In this document: positions 12,664 through 23,417 of the stretch, piece after piece
Numbering within the stretch: the stretch's first letter is position 1
How the letters are laid out: every line of letters begins with the position of its first letter
DNA from: Dehalococcoidia bacterium
GTDB taxonomy: Bacteria; Chloroflexota; Dehalococcoidia; UBA2979
Direction of reading: 5' to 3'
DNA length: 64,000 nt
NCBI GenBank assembly: GCA_964291495.2
Contig: OZ219872.1
Coordinates: 1 to 64,000 of the forward strand
Notes under the pieces: model-generated
Told to the model about the DNA's origin: nothing
Seen by the model: the letters and a program-made list of their open reading frames with translations, nothing else
Databases searched by the model: none
Translations under genes and position numbers: made by a program

Positions 12664-12884
12664 TGCTCGAGCTCGCTGCCCAGCGCCTCGGCGGCAAGCA
12701 GCAGCGAGGCGGGGCGCAGCAGCTTGCCCGGCGACGTCTCGGCGGGATTGCCCTCCGGGTCCTCCCAGCCGAGGTGGTAGCGCATCCAGGAGTACAGACT
12801 GGCGCGGTCCTCGCCGACGATCTCGCGCATCTCGCGGACGATGTGCGGGCGGTAGATCGCCAGCCGGTCGTCGAGCGCCGTCAT
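12661..12884 (-). CDS. Polyprenyl synthetase (GGPP synthase-like), N-terminal fragment truncated at the junction
   Basis: LYSWMRYHLGW....GKLLRP..LLLAAEALG; ends before the DDxxD motif and runs into lysC sequence. Confidence 0.8.
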
Positions 12885-15285
12885 CGCTCCGCCTCTTCTT
12901 CCGTCGCCGCCGGCCGGAGCAACAGCCGGTGCTCCGCGTGGGCCTCGACGGCCTCACGAGAGTACAGCAGCGGCCGCTGACGCCCGGCGCGGAACTCCTC
13001 GATCGAGTCGTCGTAGCGGGGGTGGCCGGGGATGCCCGAGACGCCGGTCGGCAGCTGGAACGTGGAGCGGTCCCAGCGCCCGAGGTCCAGCACCTGGCGG
13101 TAGCCGGGCGCTGAACCCGGCGAGCGACGGACCGTCCCGCGTCGCTGCGTAGGCGCCCCTGCCAGATCGTGTTCACGTCGCCCCCCTGCGGGGTACGGAC
13201 CGCGCGAGAAGGCGCCGCTGACGACCGGGATTGCCGCCAGCGTGTGCTCCAGCAACTGGCGGTGCACCGCGCCCCAGCTCCAGCCGTCGGGATCCTGTCC
13301 GAGCCGCTCGCGCAGCTCCTCGAGGGCGCTCCACCAGGCGGCGCGCAGCACGCGGTCGCGATCCGCCTCGCCGTCGAACCAGGGCGAGGCGGCCTGCTCG
13401 CAGGCCTCGATCAGCGGACCCTGCAGGCGGTAGTGGAAGCGGCTCTCCGGGGTGAAGACCCCCGCCGGGCCCTCGACACGCTCGCCGAGCACGAGCGAGG
13501 CGCTGGGACCGGCCACGCGCCGTACCAGCCGCCGCAGGATCTGCTGGTAGGCCGTCTCCAGCAGCGCCGCGCCGGCGCTCCCGGCGCCCACCTGCCCGTC
13601 CCAGGGCCGCCGCGACGCGCGCCGCCTGCGCGTCCGCGATCACCTCGAGGGCGAGCGAGAGGTCGCGGAGGCGGCACAGCGGCTCGCTGTGCAGGTCGTT
13701 CTGGATCGCCTGCATCGAGGCGACCGTGTGCGCGCCGTCCGTCGCCAGTAGTTCCGCGATGCGCATCGCGCGCCAGGGCTCCGTGAACTCCTCGCCCAGC
13801 TCCAGCTCGCCGCCCGGGTGCTGGTTCGCCGAGACGACGACGCCGTCCGGCGGGTCGAGCAGGCCCGGCAGCTCGTCGCCGGGGATCGGCGGGGGCGGAT
13901 CGTCCGAGGCGTCCCCGTCCGCGGGCAGCAGGCCTTCGCCGCGTGCGCGCGCCGGAACCGCGCCGGCCAGGCGGTAACCGACCCGCCCCTCGCCCCCGCC
14001 CTCGCGCGAGGCGGAGACGAAGTTGAAGGTCGCGCCGGGCCAGAGCGTCAGCGCCGCGTCGAACTCCTCCATGCTCCGGGCGAGCGCCAGGCTGAGCAGC
14101 GGTCCCACCGTCTCGCCGCTGTCGAGGGCGGTCGAGCGCAGCGCGATCGCTCGCTCGCCGCCGGGCGCCGGTCCGATCACCGGGCCGTGGCGAGTCTCCA
14201 GGACGCGCTCCTCGACGGTCTTGCCCTCGCGCACGGCGATGCGCTCGATGCGCACGCGGCCGCGCGCCCAGCCCTCGGGCGTGCGGTAGCGGCCGGGATC
14301 GTCGGGGTCGAGCGGTCGTGAGATAGCAGTCGCTCGCGTCGGCCATGCCGGCGGTGAGTCCCCAGGCAATGTCACGGTTGTGGCCGGCGATCACGCCCGG
14401 CAGGCCGGGCACGCCCGCACCGATCACGTCGAGCTCGCCGCCCGAGACGTGCGCGACGTGGAAGAGCGTGGGGATGGCCGGGCGCAGGTGCGGGTCGCAG
14501 GCGAGCAGCGGGGCGCCCGAGGCCGTGTGCTCGCCGGTCAGCGCCCAGGCATTCGAGGCGCCGCCGGCCGGGGCGCCCGCCTCGATCGCCCGCCCGTACG
14601 CCTCGAGCAGCCGCCGAGCTGCCTCGATCGTGGGTTCGCCCGTCGCGGTCTGTGCGTCCTCGGGGTAGACGACGTCGACGAGGGCGGCGCGAGCCGGGCC
14701 GATCGCCTCGAGCAGTTGCAGGCGCTGCAACTCGGTATCCCAGTTCGGGGCGAAGCTGAACATCAGGAAGCGCCCCAGCAGCAGCGAGTGCTCCGGGTGC
14801 CACGGTTCCGGCCGGCTCTGCAGCAGCGCGTACTCCGGCGGCAGCGCCCGCAGGCTGCGCATTCCCGCGTTGACTCCCGCCGCGTAGGCCCGCAGCAGCT
14901 CCCGGTCCGCGGCGCTGATCGTCTTGAGGTCGCGCGCCGCGCGATCGGCGAAGCCGAGCCGCCGCATCAGGCGGTCGGTCTCGACGCCGCGCTCTCCGGC
15001 GGCCTCGGCGAGCCGTCCCGAGGCGAGCCGTCGCTGGATGTCGATCTGGAAGAGGCGGTCCTGGGCGTGCACGAAGCCCTGCCCGTAGATCGCGCCCGCC
15101 ATCGTGCTTGCGTAGACGTGCGGGACGCCGAAGCGATCACGCACGATGCTCAGTGGCTCGCGCAGGCCGCTTGCCTCGGCGCGGCCGTCGAGCGCGCGGA
15201 TGCGCCCGCCCGCCGCTCGCGACGGCGAGGGCGCGCGCCGCCCCGGCAGCGAGCCGCGGCAGCAAGCGCAGATCCTCAAGCCCAA
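12881..15285 (-). CDS. Penicillin acylase (Ntn-hydrolase) family protein, several frameshifts
   Basis: RDRFGVPHVYA, QGFVHAQDRLFQ, nucleophile motif GASNAWAL, DPHL, TRHGPV, WSWGAVH and PTGVSGIPGHPRYDD, spread over ORFs 13411-15285, 13173-14375, 12881-13591. Confidence 0.85.
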
Positions 15286-15337
15286 TCACAGTGCCGCGAT
15301 CGTACCGCAGCCGCGTAACGGCTGGGCGGTCGCCGCG

Positions 15338-17039
15338 TCACGCGTCGAGCGTGCGGGCGTCCTCCTCGGCGGCGACGCGGGCGCCCTCGGCGACGTCGAC
15401 CCAGCGCAAAGCGATCGTGCCGGCGATGATGATCAGCAGGATCGAGGTGACGGCGACGCGGGTGTCGAAGACGGCCGTCGCGACGATGTAGATCGTCGGG
15501 CCGAACACGGAGGATGCGCGGCTCATGAAGCCGAAGAAGGCGAAGAACTCGCCGCTCCTCCGTTCGGGCGTGATCTGCGCGTAGAGGCTCCTCGCCAGCG
15601 CCTGGCTGCCGCCGATCACCAGCCCCACCGAGACGCCGAGCAGCAGCCACTGGTAGCCGACGGCAAGGCCGAGCGGCTCCCAGAGCAGCCCTCGCACGAA
15701 CGCGGGCCACCAGTCGAGCGGGCCGTCCCCGAGGAGCGACGGATGCGCCGGGCCGAGTGCGGACTCGCCGTCCATCCCGCCCCCGCGAATTGAGAGGCTG
15801 TGCTCGACGTCCTCGGAATCCCGGATCGCCTCGGGCAGGTTGGCGAGCGCGCCCGCGCCGAGGATGGCGCCCTCCTCGAGCGTCCAGTACTCGCCTTGCC
15901 AGCGCAGCTCGAACGGGTCGTCGAGGTCCGGGGCTGCCTCGACGACGTAGTCGCCCGAGGCCTGCCGGTAGCCGAGCTGGAAGTCGTGGTTCTCGTGCGC
16001 GGTCGGCGTGAGCGGGGCGAGCGCGACGCCGAAGAGGACGATCACGATCCAGCCGAGCAACGCGACGACGAGCGCCCGCTTCGTGGCGATGCGGTCGGCG
16101 AGCCGGCCGAAGGCGAGCGCGCCGGGTACGGCGACGAACTGGATGATCGCGATCGTCGCCATGTTGAAGGCGAGCGCGATGCCGAGCGTGTCGGCGGCGA
16201 ACGCCCCGGCAATCGCCAGCACCGTCTGCACGCCGTCGTTGAACAGCAAGAACGCCCCGAGGTAGATCAGCACCACCCGGAAGCGCCGCAGCTCGCGGAA
16301 CGTCTGGTTGAGCTCCCGGAACGCGATCCCGACCGCCGAGGCGGCGGTCAGACCGGCAGCGGCGCTGCGGATCGGCGGCTCCGGCACCACGCGCAGCGTC
16401 CAGATCGCCCAGCCGAACCACCACACGCCAACGGAGGCGATCGCGACGCGGACGGCGAGGTCCTCGAAGGCCGTGCCATCCGCGGCGAGGATCAAGACGA
16501 GGTGTGCGACGAGGAGCAGCCCGCCACCCGCGTAGCCGTAGGCGTAGCCGCGGCTGCTGATGTCGTCCAGCAGGTGCCTCGGTCCGACGTGCGGCAGGAA
16601 CGAGTTGTAGAACACGAGCCCGCCGGCGAAGCCGATGTTGGCGAACGTGTACACCACGAACAGCCAGAGCCCACGGCTCGGGCGCGAAGGCCGAGAAGAA
16701 CCCCAGCAGCGTGAAGAGCGAGCCGATGCTGGTGTAGGCCCAGAGCAGCCCCTTGCGGATCGGTGCGCGGTCCGCGATCACGCCGATGATCGGGCTGGAG
16801 AAGGCGACGATCGCCGTCGAGATCGCCACGCCGAGGCTCCACATCGAGCTGCCCGTGAAGGTGATCCCGAGGATCACCTCGCTCTCGCCCAGCGAGTCCT
16901 TGAAGAGATGCACGAAGTAGACCGGCAGGATCGCGGCCACGCTGGTCGCGAACGCCGAGTTCGCCCAGTCGTACATGCACCAGGCGCGGATGATCCTCCG
17001 CTGCGCCGCGGGCAGATCGCCGATCGAGGGCAGGCTCAC
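15338..17039 (-). CDS. MFS transporter, Atg22/UMF1 (BtlA)-like (frameshift near 16665)
   Basis: AWCMYDWANSAFAT, FYNSFLP, ISSRGYAYGY.GG, FNDGVQT, GGSQALARSLYA and EFFAFF. Confidence 0.88.
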
Positions 17040-17043
17040 GCGC

Positions 17044-17658
17044 CTACTCCCCGAGCGCCGCGAGCAGCGCGGCCGGGTCGATCGGGCCCTCGCGCAGCAC
17101 GGCGGGCGGCCGGGCCGTGAGGTCGATGACCGTCGAGGGCGGGCGGCGGCGCGGGCCGCCGTCGAGGATCGGGAGCGCGTCGCCGAACATCGCGGCCGCC
17201 TCGGCGGCGCTCTCGGCGGGCGGCTCGCCGCTCAGATTCGCGCTCGTCACGGCGAGCGCACCGCCGCAGGCACGGATCACGGCGAGGGCGATCGCGTCGT
17301 CCGGCATGCGCAGGCCGATCGTGCCCTCGGGCGTGACGGCGGGCTCCACGAAGGCGTGGGGCGACGAGCGCGCCGCCCGCACGACCGCCGTGAGCGGCCC
17401 CGGCCAGAACGGGTCGAGCGCGTCGAGGGCGTCCGGATCCTCGACCGAGGCGCGGATCGCCTCGAAGTTGTCGAACAGCACGGCGAAGGGCTGGCCCTCC
17501 GGGCGGCCCTTCAGCTCCGCGAGCGCGCGCAGCGCCGCCTCGTCGTCGGGCAGCGCGGCGAGGCCGTAGACGGTGTCCGTCGGGATCGCGACGACCTCGC
17601 CCGCGAGGATCGCGGCGGCGATCTCCTCGACGCGGGCGGAGTCGTCCGGAGCGCTCAC
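17044..17658 (-). CDS. tsaC: L-threonylcarbamoyl-AMP synthase (Sua5/YrdC)
   Basis: PTDTVYGL, KGRP, FWPGPLT, TSANLSG, PSTVIDL and LREGP. Confidence 0.92.
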   Translation of the reverse strand: MSAPDDSARVEEIAAAILAGEVVAIPTDTVYGLAALPDDEAALRALAELKGRPEGQPFAVLFDNFEAIRASVEDPDALDALDPFWPGPLTAVVRAARSSPHAFVEPAVTPEGTIGLRMPDDAIALAVIRACGGALAVTSANLSGEPPAESAAEAAAMFGDALPILDGGPRRRPPSTVIDLTARPPAVLREGPIDPAALLAALGE

Positions 17659-17666
17659 GGACAGGG

Positions 17667-18803
17667 CTAGTGCGCGTGCGCGTAGTGCTGCGCGAGGATG
17701 TCCGCGCCGAAGTCACCCTCCGGGTCGCGCCAGACCGAGTGGATGTGGTTCACGTCGCTCTGCACGTTGTCGAACTCGATCAGGAAGCGCGGACCCTGCA
17801 GCCGGTAGTAGTGCGGCCGGCCGCGATCGGCGGGACCGGCCCAGGCGAAGTGGATCGCGTCGAAGGTCGCGCCCTGGAGCTTCGCCCACTCCAGCTCCGC
17901 GATCTCCTCGGGCATGCGGTCGACGTACTGGCGCACGAGCGCGGTTAGCAGCTCGCGCTGCGAGCCGCTCATCGCGGTGGCGACGAGGCCGCGCGGGTCA
18001 GTCGAGGAGTAGCGCAGCACCTCGATCAGCTCGTCCGTCAGGCCGAGCACGGCGCGTTGCCGCGCCTCGCGCTCGTAGGCCTCGGTGCGCGCCGGCTCCT
18101 GGCGGTCCATCAGCTCGGCGAGCGGGATGTTGTAGGCGCCGTCGAGCACGCGAGGGCGGTTCGACTGCACGATGTCGGTGGGCGCGGCCGGCGAGATCAC
18201 GGCGCTCGCGCGCTGCTCCTCGTCGAGCGCGTGCAGCAGCTCGCGGGCGAGGTCCTCCTCGGCGGCGAGGGGGCGCAGCGAGTGCGCACCGACCTGCCGC
18301 GCCTCGGCCGGGTGCGCACCGAAGAAGGTCGGCGTGGGGCTGACGATCCGGCCGCCGGCGATCGTGTACTGCAGCGCGACGTGGTGGCCGCCGATGCGCC
18401 AGCCCCACGGCGCCTCGCCGCCGGGCTCGCCGAAGACGGCGGCGTAGTACATGCCGGGGTCGCGGAACGGGACGTTCGGCCGCGTCTCCGCGTATGCGCG
18501 CGAGGGCCAGCCATCGAGGCCCTCGAGCGTGGCCTCGAGGCCGATGATCGTGCTGGCGGTGACGAAGCCACCCATGCTCAGCCCGGAGCCCATCAGGCGC
18601 ATCGCGAGGCGGCGCTGCTGCGGGCGCATCTCGTTGAGGGTCAGGCCGCAGCGCTCGATCGGCGTGTAGTGCCAGGTCTGGCGCTCCGCCTCGTCGTCGA
18701 AGGACAGCATCGCGAGCGCGCGCTGGTCCTCGTCGAGGGCCTCGAGGAAATCGGTCGCGGCCTCGGTCATGCGCTCGGCCGTCTGCGGCGCCGTGCTCGC
18801 CAT
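17667..18803 (-). CDS. DUF3500 domain protein
   Basis: WHYTP..RCGL, WGWRIGGHH, PTFFGAHP and FAWAG......HYYRLQGP.FLIEFDN.Q...NHIHSVWRDP.GDFG. Confidence 0.85.
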   Translation of the reverse strand: MASTAPQTAERMTEAATDFLEALDEDQRALAMLSFDDEAERQTWHYTPIERCGLTLNEMRPQQRRLAMRLMGSGLSMGGFVTASTIIGLEATLEGLDGWPSRAYAETRPNVPFRDPGMYYAAVFGEPGGEAPWGWRIGGHHVALQYTIAGGRIVSPTPTFFGAHPAEARQVGAHSLRPLAAEEDLARELLHALDEEQRASAVISPAAPTDIVQSNRPRVLDGAYNIPLAELMDRQEPARTEAYEREARQRAVLGLTDELIEVLRYSSTDPRGLVATAMSGSQRELLTALVRQYVDRMPEEIAELEWAKLQGATFDAIHFAWAGPADRGRPHYYRLQGPRFLIEFDNVQSDVNHIHSVWRDPEGDFGADILAQHYAHAH

Positions 18804-18973
18804 CCTCGTCCCCCGTCCGCGCGCCTTCGTCTCACGGGCGAGTATAGCCCGCGAGCCTGCGCGGGGAACCGCGCGTGGTCCACGCGCGTACCATTAGCGA
18901 AGCGCCGCACCGCCTCTCATCTGAGGCGATGTCCGCGCGATGCGGATGCGGTGCGGGGAGCAGGCCGATGCGG

Positions 18974-21549
18974 ATGCACCGCGCAGCCCTCACCGCGCTC
19001 GCGCCGCTGTTGCTGGCGGGGGCGTTCGCCTGCACGGCGACGCCACGCCACGACCCCCGCCCGCGACGCCCGTGGTGACGACCGAGGCCAGCGGGACACC
19101 CGCGCCGACGGCGACGGCCACGCCCGAGGCCGCCGCGACGCCGACTCCGGAGACAGCCGCGCGCGCGACCCCCGAGGCTGCCGCGACACCCGAGGCCGCG
19201 CCCGGGCGGCAGTGCATCGATGGCGGCGCCGTTGGCGCGGACGGCGACGCGCTCGCCTCGGACTGCGCCACGCTGCTCGGTCTGCGCGACGAGCTGCGCG
19301 GTACGGCCGCGCTCAACTGGAGCGCGACGCTGCCGATCGCAAACTGGGACGGCGTGTCGGTGAGCGGGACGCCCGCGCGCGTGACGGCGCTGGCGCTGGC
19401 GACGCGCGGACTCGACGGCCGGCTGCCGCCTTCCCTCGGCGACCTCAGCACGCTCACGAGCCTGGACTTGAGCGGGAACAGGCTCGGCGGCGCGATCGCC
19501 GCCGAGCTAGCGAACCTCGAGGAACTGACGGCGCTGTACCTGGGCGAGAACGAGCTCACAGGTTGCCTCCCCGTCGCCCTGCTGGCTGTGGCCAGGCACG
19601 ACCTCGCCTCCCTCGGGCTCGAAGAGACGTGCGCCCCGCCCCCTACGACCAACCTGCCCTACAACCTGCACACGACGGGCGCGGTGACGGCGCAGGGCAG
19701 CTACGCCTTCCTCTCCGACGTGAACGACCTCGGGAGCACACTCGACTGGTACGTCCATCAGGGGACCTTCGGTTTCCTGGTCCACCAGTCCGACGCGGAC
19801 GGCGTCTCGCGGGCGGCGCTCTACGACACGGTCGTGGCGGGCGACACCTTCGACTGGTGGCGAGGGGACCAGTGCTATGCCCGCTTCAGGGTGCGGGAGG
19901 TGAAGCCGGATCCTCCGGGAACGCCGGCGCGCAAGCTCCTGGTAGTCGAATACGTGCACTCGACCGGGTTCTCCTGTAGTGGGCCTCCTCTGGCGGACGC
20001 GCCCCAACAGGTGGAGTTCCGCTGGCGTCCGCCGCCCTGGGAAATGGGGCCCGACGGCATCCGCCAGATACAGAACGAACCGGTCACGGGACCTGGGCGC
20101 TACCGCCTGGATGGCGCTTCAGAAGTCGTCATCCGGATCCCGGCGGGCGTGACCATCGAAGTGAGGGGCGGGGGCTACGCCCGTGGGGTCTACTCCCTTG
20201 CCGTGGTGGATGTGGAGACCGGGGCCCGTCTGTCCTTCGACAGTGACACCGGCGCCGTGACAGGCCGGTGGATACCGGATGACGCGGCCGACAAGGCAGG
20301 GATCAACGCCCTCTTCGACCAGATTATCGCGTCCGTGGAGATACCGGGCCGGGGTGGGAGCGAGACCGCACCCGAGGCCGCGCCCGGGCGGCAGTGCATC
20401 GACGGCGGCGCCGTTGGCGCGGACGGCGACGCGCTCGCCTCGGACTGCGCCACGCTGCTCGGTCTGCGCGACGAGCTGCGCGGTACGGCCGCGCTCAACT
20501 GGAGCGCGACGCTGCCGATCGCAAACTGGGACGGCGTGTCGGTGAGCGGGACGCCCGCGCGCGTGACGGCGCTGGCGCTGGCGAAGCGCGGACTCGACGG
20601 CCGGCTGCCGCCTTCCCTCGGCGACCTCAGCACGCTCACGAGCCTGGACTTGAGCGGGAACAGGCTCGGCGGCGCGATCCCCGCCGAGCTAGCGAACCTC
20701 GAGGAACTGACGGCGCTGTTCCTGGGCGAGAACGAGCTCACAGGCTGCCTCCCCGTCGCCCTGCTGGCTGCGGCCAGGCACGACCTCGCCTCCCTCGGGC
20801 TCGAGGAGACCTGCGCCCCTCCTCCTACGACCAACCTGCCTTACAACCTGCACACGACCGGCGCGGTGACGGCGCAGGGCAGCTACGCGTTCCTCTCCGA
20901 CGTGAACAACCTCGGGAGCACGGTCAGCCGGTACATCGAGGGCGCACCCTTCGGCCTCTTGATCCACCAGTCCGATGCGGGCGGCGCCTCGCGGGCGGCG
21001 CTCTACGACACGGTCGTGGCGGGCGACACCTTCGACTGGTGGCGAGGGGACCAGTGCTATGCCCGCTTCAGGGTGCGGGAGGTGAAGCCGGATCCTCCGG
21101 GAACGCCGGCGCGCAAGCTCCTGGTAATCGAATACGTGCACTCGACCGGGTTCTCCTGTAGTGGGCCTCCTCTGGCGGACGCGCCCCAGGCGGTGGAGTT
21201 CCGCTGGAGGCCGCCGCCGTGGGATGTCGGGCTCGACGGCGTCCGCCAGCTACTGGACGAGCCAGTCACGGGGCCTGGGCGCTACCGTCTGGGCAGCGAT
21301 TCAGCGGTCGTCATCCGGGTACCGGCGGGCGTGACCATTGACATCGTAGACGGCTTCTATGCGAGCGGCGTCTATCACCTCCTCATAAGAGATGTCGCGA
21401 GCGGCGCCGAGCTGTTTGTTGACAACGACACCGGCGAAGAGACGGGTCGGCAGATACCGGATGACGCGGCCGACAAGGCAGGGATCAACGCCCGCTTCGA
21501 CCAGATCATCGCGTCCGTGGAGATACCGGGCTGGGGTGTGGCCGAGTGA
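18974..21549 (+). CDS. Putative lipoprotein with two tandem 394-aa units, each a plant-type LRR domain plus uncharacterised domains (one indel near 19050)
   Basis: Signal peptide MHRAALTALAPLLLAGAFA-C lies in another frame. It is followed by a Thr/Pro/Ala linker, an LRRNT-like cap (C..LL.LRDEL...LNW....WDGV) and LxxLxLSGNRLGGxIP repeats. Confidence 0.8.
19189..21530 (+). repeat. Intragenic tandem duplication, period 1182 bp
   Basis: cccgaggccgcgcccgggcggcagtgcatc occurs at 19189 and 20371; tccgtggagataccgggc occurs at ~20332 and ~21514. Confidence 0.95.
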
Positions 21550-21705
21550 CGATGCCTTCCCTGGCCCGCCTCTGCGCCGCACTCATCGGAGTCGCCCTGA
21601 TGGCCGTGGCGCTCGGCCACGAAGTCGCGGAGCGGACGTTGACCCGGCTCGGGTGCGCCGATAGGATCGCGTCCTGACGGACCTCCCCACCCAACCAAGG
21701 GCGCG

Positions 21706-23385
21706 ATGGTCGACACGAGCGAAGCGTCCGCCACGGTCGCAGGGTCGGGTGATCGCATCCGCACCTCGGGCGACAGCGAGGTCAGCACCTACCTCGAGAT
21801 CGCCGAGGCGCGCGAGCCCGGCCAGTTGCTGACGCCCGCCCCCGAAGCGCCCGAAGCGATCGTCGTCCTCGACTACGGCTCGCAGTTCTCGATGCTGATC
21901 ACGCGCCGCATCCGTGAGGCCGGCGTCTACGCGGAGCTCGCGCCCTGGGACACGCCCTCGGAGAAGCTCTCGCACCTCAAGGTCAAGGGCTTCGTGCTCT
22001 CCGGCGGCCCCGCCTCCGTCTACGACGAGGGCGCGCCGACGCTTCCGCCTTATGTCGTGGCCTCGGGACTCCCGGTGCTCGGCATCTGCTACGGGATGCA
22101 GCTGCTGGCGCAGTCGCTCGGCGGGCGAGTCGCCCCGGCCTCGCGGCGCGAGTACGGGCACGCGGTGATCACGCTCTCCGAGCCCACGCACGGCCTGCTG
22201 CACGACCTGCCGGCGACGATGCCCGTCTGGATGTCGCACGCCGACCGCATCGTCGAGCTCCCGCCCGGCTTCCGCTCCGTCGCCTACTCGGACGACTCGC
22301 CGATCGCGGCGATGTCGAACAACGCGGGCTGCCTCGGCATCCAGTTCCACCCCGAGGTGGTGCACACGCCGCAGGGCAGCCAGCTGCTGCGCAACTTCCT
22401 GTTCGAGGTCGCCGGCTGCTCGGGCGATTGGACCGCCGCCAACTTCATCGAGGAATCGATCCGCACGACGCGCGAGCAGGTCGGCGATGGCCAGGTGATC
22501 TGCGCGCTCTCCGGAGGCGTCGACTCCGCCGTGGCGGCGACGCTGGTGCACGCCGCCGTGGGCGACCAGCTGACCTGCATCTTCGTGGACAACGGCCTCC
22601 TCCGCGCCGAGGAGCCGGAGCGCGTGGTCAACACCTTCCGCGGCCACATGGAGATCGACCTGCGCCACATCAACGCCGCCGACCGCTTCCTCGCCGATCT
22701 CGCCGAGGTGACGAACCCGGAGACGAAGCGGATCCGCATCGGCGAGACCTTCATTCGCGTCTTCGAGGAGGAGGCGCGCGGCATCGGCGACGTCAACTAC
22801 ATCGTCCAGGGCACCACCTACCCCGACGTGATCGAGTCCGCCTCGAGCGGCACGGACGCGACGGCGAAGATCAAGACGCACCACAACGTGGGCGGGCTGC
22901 CGAAGGACATGGAGCTGTCGCTGATCGAGCCGCTGCGCAACCTCTTCAAGGACGAGGTGCGCCGCGTCGGCAAGGAGCTGGGCCTGCCCGACGAGATGGT
23001 CTACCGCCAGCCCTTCCCCGGTCCCGGCCTCGCGATCCGCGTAATCGGCGAGGTGACGCGCGACAAGCTCGACATCCTGCGCCGCGCCGACTGGATCGTG
23101 ATGGACGAGATCAAGAACGCGGCGGTGTACTACGACCTCTGGCAGTCGTTCGCCGTGCTCACGGACACGCGCACGGTCGGCGTGCAGGGCGATGGGCGCA
23201 CCTACGGCTTCTGCATCGCGCTGCGCTGCGTCACCGCCGAGGACGCGATGACCGCGGACTGGGCGCGCCTCCCCTACGACCTGCTCTCCGTCATCTCGCG
23301 CCGCATCGTCAACGAGGTCCCCGAGGTCAACCGCGTCGTCTACGACATCACCTCGAAGCCCCCCGGCACGATCGAGTGGGAGTAG
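21706..23385 (+). CDS. guaA: GMP synthase (glutamine-hydrolysing)
   Basis: [37 protein letters not shown] and KPPGTIEWE. Confidence 0.97.
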   Translation: MVDTSEASATVAGSGDRIRTSGDSEVSTYLEIAEAREPGQLLTPAPEAPEAIVVLDYGSQFSMLITRRIREAGVYAELAPWDTPSEKLSHLKVKGFVLSGGPASVYDEGAPTLPPYVVASGLPVLGICYGMQLLAQSLGGRVAPASRREYGHAVITLSEPTHGLLHDLPATMPVWMSHADRIVELPPGFRSVAYSDDSPIAAMSNNAGCLGIQFHPEVVHTPQGSQLLRNFLFEVAGCSGDWTAANFIEESIRTTREQVGDGQVICALSGGVDSAVAATLVHAAVGDQLTCIFVDNGLLRAEEPERVVNTFRGHMEIDLRHINAADRFLADLAEVTNPETKRIRIGETFIRVFEEEARGIGDVNYIVQGTTYPDVIESASSGTDATAKIKTHHNVGGLPKDMELSLIEPLRNLFKDEVRRVGKELGLPDEMVYRQPFPGPGLAIRVIGEVTRDKLDILRRADWIVMDEIKNAAVYYDLWQSFAVLTDTRTVGVQGDGRTYGFCIALRCVTAEDAMTADWARLPYDLLSVISRRIVNEVPEVNRVVYDITSKPPGTIEWE

Positions 23386-23417
23386 GCCGGTGAGGCAGCC
23401 GTGAGGCAGGAGGGGCG

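Noticed and set aside
12399-12884. Novel prenyltransferase-aspartokinase fusion protein
   Set aside because: The halves are out of frame, both lack catalytic parts, and the join coincides with the taxonomic switch.
8500-19100. Mass pseudogenisation or programmed frameshifting in hisS, rodZ, NMO, lysC, acylase, MFS and LRR genes
   Set aside because: Mostly small indels clustered around the chimeric junction, affecting essential hisS and with no in-frame stop accumulation; sequencing error is the simpler explanation.
19189-21530. Diversity-generating retroelement (TR/VR pair) as the source of the LRR repeat variation
   Set aside because: Mismatches involve all four bases rather than only adenines of one copy, both copies are coding, and no reverse transcriptase is in the window.
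21550-21705. Purine, ZTP or PRPP riboswitch ahead of guaA-pur
   Set aside because: No recognisable conserved aptamer core by eye.
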